Counted from the first letter of the stretch, positions 1 through 9,186 are shown. The stretch is 40,000 nucleotides of DNA from Halococcus hamelinensis 100A6 (GCF_000336675.1 NZ_AOMB01000006.1:17221-57220); one strand, 5' to 3'. The notes: a model not told the origin generated them from the letters alone. Translations and numbers: made by a program.

Positions 1-305
1 CCCAGAACGCCCACAACGACTCCCAGCTGGTGGTCACCGGCACCGAGGGGCAGATCGAGTTCCGACCCGCCTTCCACGGCGAGTGCCGTCTCCGGATCGC
101 CCGCGACGGCCGCTCGGTGGACTTCGACCGCGAGGAGTTCGGAGCCGTCGAGGAGATGCGCGAGGAGTTCGATTACTTCGCCGACCGGCTCCTCACCGAC
201 GCCCCGATCGACCCCGACGGCGAGCACGGCCTGGTCGACCTCCAGGTCGTCGAGGCCATCCACGAGGCCACCGAAACGGGTGGAACGGTCGACGTCGGGC
301 GATAA
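1..305 (+). CDS. Gfo/Idh/MocA-family NAD(P)-dependent oxidoreductase, C-terminal fragment (5' end lies outside the window)
   Basis: The frame is open from the window edge (codons from nt 3: QNAHNDSQLVVTGTEGQIEF...) to TAA at 303-305. The C-terminal ...DPDGEHGLVDLQVVEAIHEATETGGTVDV resembles the C-terminal domain of sugar dehydrogenases in this family. The product is acidic with high GC3. Confidence 0.6.
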   Translation, partial: QNAHNDSQLVVTGTEGQIEFRPAFHGECRLRIARDGRSVDFDREEFGAVEEMREEFDYFADRLLTDAPIDPDGEHGLVDLQVVEAIHEATETGGTVDVGR

Positions 306-344
306 GCGAGCCGTTTTCGATCCCGATGGCGGGGTGCTTCGGCG

Positions 345-1112
345 TTACTCGGTCTTCCGATCGACCGCGTCGGTGACGTCCGCGAGGTGCTCGGTGAACA
401 GCCCGACCTCGACGCCGAGGGTGACGTACTGGACGCCGGCCTCGATCCAGCGGTTCGCGACCTCGGGGGTGTCGGCGAACGCGCCAACGACGACGTCGGC
501 CTCGGCGGCCCGCTCGCAGACGTGGTTCATCAACTCGACGACCCGGTCGTCGGTGACCTCCCCGGGGATCCCCAGCGACTGCGAGAGGTCGTAGGGGCCG
601 AGGAAGACCACGTCGATCCCCTCGACCGCGAGGATCTCGTCGATGTTCTCGACGCCGCGCTCGCCCTCGACCTGGACGACGAGCAGGGTCCGCTCGTTCT
701 GGTCCTCGGTGTAGGTGTCGCTCCCGACGTACTCGCCGGCGCGGACGTACTGGGAGAGCCCGCGGCTGCCGACCGGGTCGAACCGGGCGGCCTCGACCGC
801 CGCCTCGGCGTCGGCGCGCGTCTCGACCTGTGGCACCTGGACGCCCGCGGCACCGAGGTCGAGCGCGCGCTGGATCTCGGCCTCCTCGTTGGCACGGACC
901 CGAACGAGCGGGGCGACGCCCGCGTTCTGGGCCGCGGCCGAGAGGTCGAGCGTGGTTTCGGCGGTCAGCGGGCCGTGCTCCTGGTCGTAGACCACGAAGT
1001 CCATCCCGGCGACGCCCACCATCTCGGAGACCATCGCGGAGTCGAGGAGTTGGAAGGTCCCGACGGCCACCTCGCCGTCCCGAAGCCGGTCGCGGATCGA
1101 GTTCGTTAGCAT
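345..1112 (-). CDS. HpcH/HpaI-family 2-keto-3-deoxy-sugar-acid aldolase
   Basis: The start is trimmed to ATG at 1110-1112 (MLTNSIRDRLRDGEVAVGTF...). The upstream part of tracked ORF 345..1277 is basic and unlike haloarchaeal protein. The length (255 aa) and blocks such as GMDFVVYDQEHGP, VRVRANE, GVQVPQVET, VQVEGERGVENIDEI and DVVFLGPYDLS fit class II HpcH/HpaI aldolases. Confidence 0.8.
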   Translation of the reverse strand: MLTNSIRDRLRDGEVAVGTFQLLDSAMVSEMVGVAGMDFVVYDQEHGPLTAETTLDLSAAAQNAGVAPLVRVRANEEAEIQRALDLGAAGVQVPQVETRADAEAAVEAARFDPVGSRGLSQYVRAGEYVGSDTYTEDQNERTLLVVQVEGERGVENIDEILAVEGIDVVFLGPYDLSQSLGIPGEVTDDRVVELMNHVCERAAEADVVVGAFADTPEVANRWIEAGVQYVTLGVEVGLFTEHLADVTDAVDRKTE

Positions 1113-1805
1113 ACCCTCTCTTCCTCTTCGAGGGGATAAGAAACACCCGATGGACCGACGTATCGCCCGTATCGATCCCCGTCGATGGTCCCTCGTGTAG
1201 GGGATCGGTCGCTTCCGGGGGCGGTGGAGCAGCCGGGACTCGTAGGTTCTCGCGAAGAGCGTGAGGACTGGTTCCACGATGAAGAACGTTCGGCGTGCCA
1301 GCGGCGGTAGAGTTCCAGCCGACGAAATATCGTTCAGTAATCAAGAACGAAGCGCCCGGGTTCGAAACGGAGTGGATATCGGAAGGGAGCGGCGGATCGG
1401 CCGGTCACGGCGTATAGAGTGCGTCCGGTTGGAGACGAGCGCCGGTGCGAACCGTGGCACGGCGCATCGTCGGTCGTCGGAGGGAGCACCGTCGAACCGA
1501 TGGGGTTCGACAGTCCTGAATTTCGAAGAAGTGAACGCTGTCGTCGCATTCGTTCTGTTCTCGAACAATTGTCGTCCGTCTTCGGATAAGAGATCAGAGA
1601 TAACAGCGAGTATCGATGCCGAACCGGAGAAGAGAGCATCACAGCAGTCGAGCGGCGTTCATCCATAACGAATGCGATGGATCCGGCTCACGGTGGCGTC
1701 ACCGGACCGTTCCCACGAGGTTCGCCGGGCCGGGGTCGTTCGCCGGCGGTCGGTTCGGCACCGGAGCCGACAAGGGTTAATAGCACACCGGCGAAGGGAG
1801 ACCGA

Positions 1806-2432
1806 ATGCAGCAATCGAGCACGGCGTCGAGAGCCGAGAGCGACGAACGGACGTGCAAGATCGACCGGATCGCGGTCGAGTACGACCTCGGCGACATCGC
1901 CGAGGAGCTCGGGGAGCTCTGGACGCGCGAGGAGGAACGGTACAGCCTCCGACGGCTTGCGACCCACTTCAACCGCCGCCTGCTCCGGGCCGCGATGGAG
2001 CGAAACGGGATGGACGTCCTCGAGGGCGAAGCCGAGAACACCTACCGGCTCCTCACCGACGACGACGTGAGCGTCGGGACCCGAACCCAGGCCCGCAACC
2101 GCCTCCGGAAACAGGGGGTCGACATCGAGGCGGTCGAATCCGCCTTCGTCTCCTACCAGACCGTCAACCGTCACCTGAAGGGCTGTCTCGACGCCGAACG
2201 TCCGGCGGAACCGGACGAGGACGGCGTCGAGAAGGCGACACAGCGCATCGCCGCCCTCCGCAACCGGACCGTCGTGGTCACCGAGAACACCCTCTCACAG
2301 CTCCGCTCGGCCGACGAGATCACCCTGGGCGATGCCGACGTCTTCGTGGATATCACCGTCACCTGTGCGGACTGCGGAACCCACACCACCGCCCGGGAAC
2401 TCATCGCCGACGGCGGCTGCGACTGCGAGTGA
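1806..2432 (+). CDS. RdfA-like haloarchaeal protein (tentative) with a C-terminal Cys cluster
   Basis: ATG at 1806 (MQQSSTASRAESDERTCKIDRIAVEYDLGDIAEELGELW...). The tracked upstream extension from 1677 is Arg/Pro-rich and unlikely to be coding. The N-terminal CKIDR...Y.LGD block and the RRLATHFNRRLLRAAM helix resemble what I recall of proteins annotated as rod-determining factor RdfA. The C-terminus carries CADCG...GGCDCE (CxxC...CxC), a likely metal-binding knuckle. Confidence 0.45.
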   Translation: MQQSSTASRAESDERTCKIDRIAVEYDLGDIAEELGELWTREEERYSLRRLATHFNRRLLRAAMERNGMDVLEGEAENTYRLLTDDDVSVGTRTQARNRLRKQGVDIEAVESAFVSYQTVNRHLKGCLDAERPAEPDEDGVEKATQRIAALRNRTVVVTENTLSQLRSADEITLGDADVFVDITVTCADCGTHTTARELIADGGCDCE

Positions 2433-2795
2433 GCGCGAGCCGTAACACCCATACTTGTGTTATCGGATTCGGAGACGGGTCGAGACGGGGATTTTCGACG
2501 GTAACCGGGTCGATCCCCAGCGAACGGATCGGCTATCGCCCGTCGAAGCAGTCGTCGAACCCGTGGTATCGTTCTCGCCGGGCGCGTGACGGCTTCACCG
2601 AGACGACCGTCGACGACCTCGCCCGACCTCGATACCGAAAGACACCCGAATAGCGTCAGAAAAATCCACTCGTTCCGCGACCGCCGATCGCGACGTTCTC
2701 ACCGCTCGGTAGTGCTCTCGACGAAGCGGAAACCGGACTCGACACCCGGCGTTCGATCGAATATCTTCAGGACACGGATCGCTGATCGAGCGACG

Positions 2796-3323
2796 CTACG
2801 ACCGCGTCGCGCTCCAGACCCGGTCCCGGCGGCCGTCGGTTCCGGCGTCGGCCGCCACCGACCTCGTTCGAGCCGTGGTACACGAGAGTCCCGCCTCCGA
2901 CATCAGCCGGCGAACGTGCCGTCGGCAGTACTCCACGTCGAAGGTCTCCCCGATGTATCGCTGTGCCAGGGTCGTCGTCCACGCTGTGGCGTCGTAACCG
3001 ACCGCCGTCGGTGAGTCGTGGAGTGCCGCCGCGAGTTGGTCCGACTGGTCCGGCGAGAGCGCCCGCGACTGTCCGGGTTTGGGGCCGCGTTTCTCGTCGT
3101 AGAGCACCTCCTCGGGGGGGTCGGTTTCGAGCCGGTCGAGTCGGGCGAGCCAGTTGTGGACGGTCCCCTCCGAGACGCCGTAGCGCGAGGCCAGCGTGGG
3201 CTGGGTAACCGACTCCTCCTTGTAGTTGAGCGCGAGCATCAGGCGCTGTGTCGGTCGTTTACCCTCGACGTCGTCCAGCAGGGCACGGAGTTCGTCGGCG
3301 GTCACGTTCTCGAGGTGGGGCAT
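2796..3323 (-). CDS. Stand-alone IS630-type transposase N-terminal HTH domain protein (no DDE domain follows)
   Basis: 175 aa. Two HTH-like segments (PTQRLMLALNYKEESVTQPTLASRYGVSEGTVHNWLARL and TAWTTTLAQRYIGETFDVEYCRRHVRRLMSEAGLS) are typical of the N-terminal DNA-binding part of IS630/Tc1-like transposases. No DDE catalytic ORF is visible downstream in any frame. It is a paralog of 19514..19996. Confidence 0.7.
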   Translation of the reverse strand: MPHLENVTADELRALLDDVEGKRPTQRLMLALNYKEESVTQPTLASRYGVSEGTVHNWLARLDRLETDPPEEVLYDEKRGPKPGQSRALSPDQSDQLAAALHDSPTAVGYDATAWTTTLAQRYIGETFDVEYCRRHVRRLMSEAGLSCTTARTRSVAADAGTDGRRDRVWSATRS

Positions 3324-3474
3324 ACCACTCCTCGGGACCCTAGCATCAAATAACTTGAGCCATCTCGGTTCGAGCTGACCGAAACTGCGACTCGTGGTCT
3401 GCTTTGTTCGGTATCGGTTCGTCTGGGGCGATTCTATCCTCGGTTCGAATCGAGTGGGGAGTTTTGATTCCGCG

Positions 3475-5220
3475 TCAGTTGCCGACGCGTCCCTCGTAGA
3501 CCACGCCGCGGCCGGCGTCGAGGGTGACCTCGTCGCCGTCGGCGAGCGAGTCCGGGAGCGAGACGTTCGATATCATCGGCAGACCGGTCTCGCGGGCGAC
3601 GATCGCGGCGTAGCCCGTCACGCCCTGATGGGCGCTCACGACCCCGCCGAGTTTCCGTGGGTCGCCCGCGAACTCGCCGTCGAACGTCTGCGAGACGAAG
3701 AGAACCGCCCCCTCGGGAACGGTCGTGAGGTCGCCGTCGGGCGCGTGGTGGAGCGGACCGGCGACCCGACCCGTGACCACCGACCGGCCCGAGGCGAGCA
3801 CCTCGGCGGCGACGTGGAGTTTGAGCATGTTGGTCGTGTTCGCGCCTTCGAGGTCGGTCATCAAGCCCGCGAGCACGACGACCGTATCCCCGCTTTCGGC
3901 GACCCCCGCCGCGAGCGTGGTCCGGACCGCGTTCCGGATCACGTTGTCGGTCCCCTCGCCCTCGCCGGTGAGCGGCGCGTACCGGGGGAGGACGCCCGCC
4001 GAGAGACAGAGCCGCCGGCGCACCCGGTCGTCGGGCGTGACCGCGACGATCGGGACTTCGGGGCGGTATTTCGCGGTCTTGAGCGCGGTGTAGCCCGACT
4101 CGGTGGCCGCCACCACCGCGGTGGCGTCGGTGTCGCGCGCGAGGTAGCGCGCCGACCGCGCGAGGACACCGGTACGGGAGTCGTCGGGCTTCGGGACGGC
4201 CTGCTCGACGTGGTCGTCGTACTCGGGGCTCCGTTCGACCTCACGGACGATCCCGCTCATCGCCTCGACCACCCTCACTGGGTGGTCGCCGACCGCGGTC
4301 TCGCCCGAGAGCATCACCGCGTCCGTCCCGTCGAGCACCGCGTTCGCGACGTCCGAGGCCTCCGCCCGCGTGGGCCGACGCGAGTGGGTCATCGTGTCCA
4401 GCATCTCGGTCGCCGTGATCACGGGCGTCCCCTCGTCGAGACACTCCCGGATGATCCGTTTTTGGATCAGCGGGACCTCTTCGAGCGCGCACTCGACCCC
4501 GAGGTCGCCGCGCGCCACCATCACGCCGTAGGCCGCCTCGACGATCCCCTGGAGGTTGTCGACCGCGTCGGCGCGCTCGATCTTCGCCACGACGGGGATG
4601 TCGGCGTCGCGGGCTTCGAGCGCCTCGTTCACGGTGTAGACGTCCGCGGCCTCGCGAACGAAGCTCATCGCCACGAAGTCAACCTCGGCTTCGGCCGCGA
4701 GGTCGAGCTCGCGTTCGTCGGCCTCTGTCAGCACGTCGAAGCCGAGGTCGACCCCCGGAACGTTGACGCCCATCCGCCCGCGCATCGAGCCGCCGGAGTC
4801 GACGTGGGCGCGGACGACCTCGCCATCGACCCCCTCGACGGTGGTCTCGATCCGGCCGTCGTCGAGCAGGACGGTGTCGCCGGGTTCGACCGCGGTGATG
4901 GACTCGGAGAGGCCGACCCGCTCGGCCGACGTTTCGGCACCCTCGACGAATTCGACCACTGTCCCCGCGGGGAGGTCGAGGTCGGCGTCGAGCGGCGCGG
5001 TTCGGACTTCGGGGCCCGAGAGGTCGAGCATGGTCGCGACCGAGTCCTCGGTGGCCTCGTCGACCGACTTCACCCGGTCGATCAGGTCGGCGCGTTCGTC
5101 GGTGCTCCCGTGGCTCGCGTTGAACCGCGCCACCGACATCCCGGCCTCGACGAGCGCCTCGATGGTCTCCCGGGACCCCGAGGACGGCCCGAGCGTGCAG
5201 ACGATCTTGGTGTTGTTCAT
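3475..5220 (-). CDS. pyk: Pyruvate kinase with a C-terminal PEP-utilizer mobile-domain extension
   Basis: ATG at 5218-5220 (MNNTKIVCTLGPSS...). The tracked start at 5232 is a GTG four codons upstream. Canonical PK blocks are present: TKIVCTLGP, ARFNASHG, DFVAMSFVR, IPVVAKIE, MVARGDLGVE and ITATEMLDTM. The last ~100 aa (...GYAAIVARETGLPMISNV...VTLDAGRGVVYEG) resemble the swivelling PEP-utilizing-enzyme domain. Confidence 0.93.
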   Translation of the reverse strand: MNNTKIVCTLGPSSGSRETIEALVEAGMSVARFNASHGSTDERADLIDRVKSVDEATEDSVATMLDLSGPEVRTAPLDADLDLPAGTVVEFVEGAETSAERVGLSESITAVEPGDTVLLDDGRIETTVEGVDGEVVRAHVDSGGSMRGRMGVNVPGVDLGFDVLTEADERELDLAAEAEVDFVAMSFVREAADVYTVNEALEARDADIPVVAKIERADAVDNLQGIVEAAYGVMVARGDLGVECALEEVPLIQKRIIRECLDEGTPVITATEMLDTMTHSRRPTRAEASDVANAVLDGTDAVMLSGETAVGDHPVRVVEAMSGIVREVERSPEYDDHVEQAVPKPDDSRTGVLARSARYLARDTDATAVVAATESGYTALKTAKYRPEVPIVAVTPDDRVRRRLCLSAGVLPRYAPLTGEGEGTDNVIRNAVRTTLAAGVAESGDTVVVLAGLMTDLEGANTTNMLKLHVAAEVLASGRSVVTGRVAGPLHHAPDGDLTTVPEGAVLFVSQTFDGEFAGDPRKLGGVVSAHQGVTGYAAIVARETGLPMISNVSLPDSLADGDEVTLDAGRGVVYEGRVGN

Positions 5221-5272
5221 GCGATCATCCACTCTCGGGCTGGTACTTCGGTCCGTCGGTCGGCCCGGTCGC

Positions 5273-6706
5273 TCATAGCACGACGGTCTTGCGGCGGACG
5301 AACCGCTCGATGCTCACCCCGATCCCCTCCCGACCGATCCCGGAGGCCTTGTTGCCGCCGAACGGGAGGTCGCCGAGGCCGTGGGAGGGCGCACCGTTGA
5401 TCCGCACCGCGCCGGCGTCGATCCGGTCGGCGAGGGCCATCGCGCGGTCGTGGTCGGCGGTGAAGACCGCGGCGTCGAGCGCGAGGTCGCCCGCGTTCGC
5501 CACCCGCACCGCGTCGTCCTCGTCTTCGATCGTGGTCACGGCGACCACGGGCCCGAACTGTTCCTCGGTCACGATCCGCGCGTCGTGGGGCACGTCGGCG
5601 AGGAGGGTCGGTTCGACGAACCGGCCCTCTCGACCGCCGCCGCGAACGAGCCGTGCGCCCTTCTCGAGCGCGTCCTCGATGAGTTCCTCGACCCAGTCTG
5701 CCTGGTCTTCCGAGATCAGCGGCCCGAGGTCGGTCTCCTCGTCGAAGAGGTCGCCGACGACCCACTCGTCCATCGCGGGCTCGATCCGCTCGACGAGGTC
5801 GTCGTGGATCGATTCGTGGGCGAGCACGCGCGAGACCGCCGAACACCGCTGGCCGGCGTACTTCAACGAACCTTTCGCACACGCCGCCGCTGCGGCGTCG
5901 AGGTCGGCGTCCGGGAAGACCACCGCGGGCGCGTTGCCGCCGAGTTCCATCAGGAGGTTGACCATCCCGCTCTCACGCGCGACGTGCTCGCCCGCGCCCG
6001 ACGAGCCCGTCATCACGATCGCGCCGATCGTGTCCGACCCCGCGAGCACGTCGCCGATCTCGCTCGCCGCACCCGGCACGAAGTTGAACGCGCCCTCGGG
6101 GACCCCGGTCTCGGCTATCACCTCGGTGAGGATCCGACCGGTGACGGGGGTCTGGCTCGCGGGCTTGAGGACCACACAGTTGCCCGCCGCGAGCGCGGGC
6201 GCGATGTGGAGCGCGGTCGTCATCAGGGGGTAGTTGTACGGCGCGATCGAGAGCACGGTGCCGACGGGTTCGGGTTTGACGAGCGCCTCCCAGCCCTCGT
6301 GACCCGCGGTGGTCCCGGTGCGGTGCTCGCCGGTGAGGCTCCGGGCCTCGCCGGCCGCGCGTCGGAAGCGCTCGGCGGCCGAGTCCACCTCGCCGCGGGC
6401 GCTCGATATCGGCTTGCCCGCCTCCCGGACGATGGTCTCGGCGAGTTCGTCCTTCCGGGCTTCGAGCCCCGCGGCGATCGCGTCGAGCCACTCGACGCGT
6501 TCGGGGATCGTGGTCCCGCGCATCCGCGCTTCGGTCTCCGCCGCCGCGTCGAGCGCCGCGGTCGCCTCCTCAGGACCGGCGGCCGGGATGCGTGCGAACG
6601 TCTCGCCGTCCTCGGTGAGGTCCTCGACCGACAACCACCCCTCGGTCGTTACCCACTCGCCGCCGACGTACGGACCGCTCCGCTGCTGCTTGGTTGCGGA
6701 AGCCAT
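5273..6706 (-). CDS. Aldehyde dehydrogenase family protein (lactaldehyde / non-phosphorylating GAP dehydrogenase-like)
   Basis: ATG at 6704-6706 (MASATKQQRSGPYVGGEWV...), 477 aa. ALDH hallmarks are present: VLSIAPYNYPL, KPASQTP, FVPG, MELGGNAP, the catalytic-Cys region YAGQRCSAVSRV and EEQFGPV. Confidence 0.88.
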   Translation of the reverse strand: MASATKQQRSGPYVGGEWVTTEGWLSVEDLTEDGETFARIPAAGPEEATAALDAAAETEARMRGTTIPERVEWLDAIAAGLEARKDELAETIVREAGKPISSARGEVDSAAERFRRAAGEARSLTGEHRTGTTAGHEGWEALVKPEPVGTVLSIAPYNYPLMTTALHIAPALAAGNCVVLKPASQTPVTGRILTEVIAETGVPEGAFNFVPGAASEIGDVLAGSDTIGAIVMTGSSGAGEHVARESGMVNLLMELGGNAPAVVFPDADLDAAAAACAKGSLKYAGQRCSAVSRVLAHESIHDDLVERIEPAMDEWVVGDLFDEETDLGPLISEDQADWVEELIEDALEKGARLVRGGGREGRFVEPTLLADVPHDARIVTEEQFGPVVAVTTIEDEDDAVRVANAGDLALDAAVFTADHDRAMALADRIDAGAVRINGAPSHGLGDLPFGGNKASGIGREGIGVSIERFVRRKTVVL

Positions 6707-6864
6707 ACCCGATCTTTCGCGGGCGGACACAAGAACGTTACTACGACGATGGTATTTCCGCAGTTCGGCGACCCGACAGGATGTCGTCGGTTCGGTCCCG
6801 AATCGGTTGGACGAGACGACCGAAGACCACCCGGACCGGAGTACTCGTCGTCCGAGCCGAGGGA

Positions 6865-6879
6865 TTCTGTACAACAGAA
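6865..6879. promoter_or_regulatory. Perfect palindrome TTCTGT-ACA-ACAGAA in the divergent ALDH/IclR intergenic region (candidate IclR operator)
   Basis: Read directly at 6865-6879. It lies almost exactly midway between the ALDH ATG (6706) and the IclR ATG (7039). Related copies occur at 6993-7007 and 7836-7850. Confidence 0.45.
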
Positions 6880-6992
6880 CGAATTCGAGTCGTTATCGGT
6901 CTCTCACACACCGACCCGGACGGGCCGAACGGTCTCACGGAACCCATACCGATGGAATCGGTAGGATCGTACGACGAGAGGGACCCCATTCG

Positions 6993-7007
6993 TTCGGAAA
7001 GACAGAA
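6993..7007. promoter_or_regulatory. Degenerate copy TTCGG-AAAGA-CAGAA of the same palindrome, about 32 nt upstream of the IclR ATG
   Basis: Read directly. There is one mismatch in the left arm relative to TTCTG-N5-CAGAA. The position is compatible with autoregulation. Confidence 0.3.
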
Positions 7008-7038
7008 CACTGATGTGGGTACGCGACCGACGCGACGT

Positions 7039-7812
7039 ATGGATGCCCCCGAAACGCCCAACGTCCCGGTGAAATCGGTCGAACGGTCGATACGGTTGGT
7101 CGAGGCGGTGCAGAGCCGCGGCGGGGCGAGCCTCACCGAGCTCGCGGACGACCTGGACGTAGCGAAGAGCACCGTCCACAACCACCTCCTCACGCTCGAA
7201 CGCCACGGCTACCTCGTCCGGACGGACGACACCTTCCACGTCGGATTCCGGGCCCTCGACCACGGCGGCTTCGCACGCGAACGGGTTCCCGGCTATCGGT
7301 TCGTGCGCTCGGAGCTCCACGACCTCGCCGACGAGACCGGCGAGCTCTGTCAGTTCGTCGCCCGACAGGGCGGCGAGGGCTTCGTGCTGTTCCAGACCAG
7401 GGGTTCGGACGCCGTCGAGACCCAGTTTCGGGTCGGGTCCCACGGCCCGCTCCACAGCCTCCCCGGCGGCAAGGCCGTCCTCGCCCAGCTCCCCGTCGAA
7501 CGCATCAGCCGGATCGTCGAGGAGAACGGGCTCGCGACGACGACCCCCGCGACGATCACCGACCTCGGGGATCTCTTCACGGAGCTCGAACGGACCACCA
7601 ACCGTGGCTACGCCGTCAACGACGGCGAACACAGCCCCGGGCTGAACGCGGTCAGCGTCCCGGTCGAGTCGGAAGCGGCGGTCCTGGGCGCGCTCTGTGT
7701 CGTCGGGCCAACCCACCGACTGAACGACGACGCCACCGAACGACGCCTCTCGAACCGACTCCTCGAAGCCGCCAACGAACTCGAACTCAACGTCACCTAC
7801 TCGCGGGCGTAG
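7039..7812 (+). CDS. IclR-family transcriptional regulator
   Basis: ATG at 7039 (MDAPETPNVPVKSVERSIRLVEAVQSRGGASLTELADDLDVAKSTVHNHLLTLERHGYLV...), 257 aa. It has an N-terminal winged HTH plus a C-terminal IclR effector domain (...GYAVNDGEHSPGLNAVSVPV...LGALCVVGP). Confidence 0.88.
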   Translation: MDAPETPNVPVKSVERSIRLVEAVQSRGGASLTELADDLDVAKSTVHNHLLTLERHGYLVRTDDTFHVGFRALDHGGFARERVPGYRFVRSELHDLADETGELCQFVARQGGEGFVLFQTRGSDAVETQFRVGSHGPLHSLPGGKAVLAQLPVERISRIVEENGLATTTPATITDLGDLFTELERTTNRGYAVNDGEHSPGLNAVSVPVESEAAVLGALCVVGPTHRLNDDATERRLSNRLLEAANELELNVTYSRA

Positions 7813-7834
7813 ACGAACCCCGACCCGACATCGA

Positions 7835-7851
7835 GTTCTGGATAACAGAAC
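7835..7851. promoter_or_regulatory. Third copy GTTCTG-GATAA-CAGAAC of the palindrome, just downstream of the IclR stop
   Basis: Read directly. It has 6-bp perfect arms and lies 23 nt after the IclR TAG (7810-7812), at the edge of the AT-richer segment. Confidence 0.35.
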
Positions 7852-8475
7852 ACGCGGACGCGAGGGGGGGTCAAGACCGAATCACGATGGGACGAATAGG
7901 ACGTGACCCATCCCGTAACAGATATAGTTCTGTTCCATATACGACCATCGGACGGTCGGTCCGCCGGCGATGAACCCAACAGAGTTCATAAGAAAATACT
8001 CGATTTTGCTCCATCGACTCGCTCCACTTCGGGATGACTTCCAAATTCGATTCCCCGACGGATTTGAGGAGCACATATGGGAACGTCCTGGCTTCGATTT
8101 TCAGACCACGTCAGGTACGGCTCAGACGGTATTTCGACGCCATCCGAGACGGAGTGGCCGTCAGTAGTAACGACTGAGATTCGACGGGACGACGTATCAT
8201 CCAACGAAACGGAGCGGACGTTACCGAACGACCGTCGAAGTACGAAATCGGAGCTTTTAGAGCACAGTAGTAGTCTATACAACGAACGAGAAGACGATCA
8301 AGTGTTGTCTCATCTTCTTTTGCCAGTAGATGTATCCCGTCAGGAGAGCCCTCATGCTCTATCGTTGGTGAGTAAATTTTTATGAATATTTCTTTGCCGT
8401 CTCTTATCACGGAGACCAGTCTGTGGCCGTATTCGCGAGTCGACTGATGAACGAAGACGACGACCGACTGAACGA

Positions 8476-9186
8476 TCAGTCCACGTGCTCCCCGTAGAGT
8501 GCCGACCGGTCGACGATGTTCTGGACGGTCGTTCTCGTGACCCCCGCCAGTTTCGCGGTCGAGCGCTTGCTCTTGCCGTCGCGGAGTCGTTCGATGACCA
8601 GGAGCGCGGTGTTGAAGTCGTCGTTGGGAACCAATCGTCCGTTCTCGCTGTCGAAGCCGTACGGGGGCCGACCGACGTGTTTGCCGCTCGCCTTCGCGGC
8701 GTGGATCCCCTCGCGCGTTCGTTCCGTGCTCACCGACGCCTCGATATCCGCGGCGATCGATAGCCCCTGTAGTATCGCGCTCTCGTCGGGGGAGTCGGTT
8801 CCATCGGCGCGAGCCGTCCCCTGCTCGCCCAATGCGAGACCGATGTCGAGGATGTGGAGCGCGACCCCCGCATCGAGGAGCGTCTCGACGAACTCGTTGA
8901 AGTCCACGACCGTCTTCGCGACGCGAGCGGCATCGGTGACGATGACCCGGTCTACTGCCGTCGCAGCGATCCGGTCGAGCATCGTTTGATAGCCCGACGA
9001 CTGGTCGGCACGCGCTTCCACGCCCTCATCGACGAACACCGAGACGTCGTTCGGGTCGAGGTCGAAGTTCCGTTCGGCGTAACTGAGGATTTGCTCGCGC
9101 TGGTTCGCTCCCCTCCCCGTACTAACGACGCGGACATAACCGATGGTCGCCTTTTCTCTCGTATCTCCGCCACTATCTACTGCCAT
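8476..9186 (-). CDS. Serine-recombinase (resolvase/invertase) family protein with C-terminal HTH and divergent catalytic motifs
   Basis: 236 aa. The N-terminus IGYVRVVSTGRGANQREQ resembles the YxRVSTxxQ nucleophile motif but carries insertions. The C-terminal HTH is RSTAKLAGVTRTTVQNIVDR, preceded by GRPPYGF. It is flanked on both sides by AT-richer non-coding DNA. Confidence 0.75.
   Translation of the reverse strand: MAVDSGGDTREKATIGYVRVVSTGRGANQREQILSYAERNFDLDPNDVSVFVDEGVEARADQSSGYQTMLDRIAATAVDRVIVTDAARVAKTVVDFNEFVETLLDAGVALHILDIGLALGEQGTARADGTDSPDESAILQGLSIAADIEASVSTERTREGIHAAKASGKHVGRPPYGFDSENGRLVPNDDFNTALLVIERLRDGKSKRSTAKLAGVTRTTVQNIVDRSALYGEHVD

Noticed and set aside
3436-3460. tRNA-like T-arm sequence CTCGGTTCGAATCGAG downstream of the pyruvate kinase gene. 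Similar GGTTCGAA words occur at ~1357 and ~35981.
   Set aside because: I could not build an acceptor stem, D-arm or anticodon arm around any of them. At best they are short palindromes or possible terminator hairpins.
7797-8410. Short ORFs in the AT-richer spacer (7797..7979, 7871..8074, 7882..8076, 7970..8167, 7986..8282, 8077..8385, 8111..8410) considered as possible genes or a frameshifted pseudogene.
   Set aside because: They overlap one another on both strands. I recognise no family motif and there is no consistent codon bias. They are kept only as an observation under the island-edge finding, not called as features.
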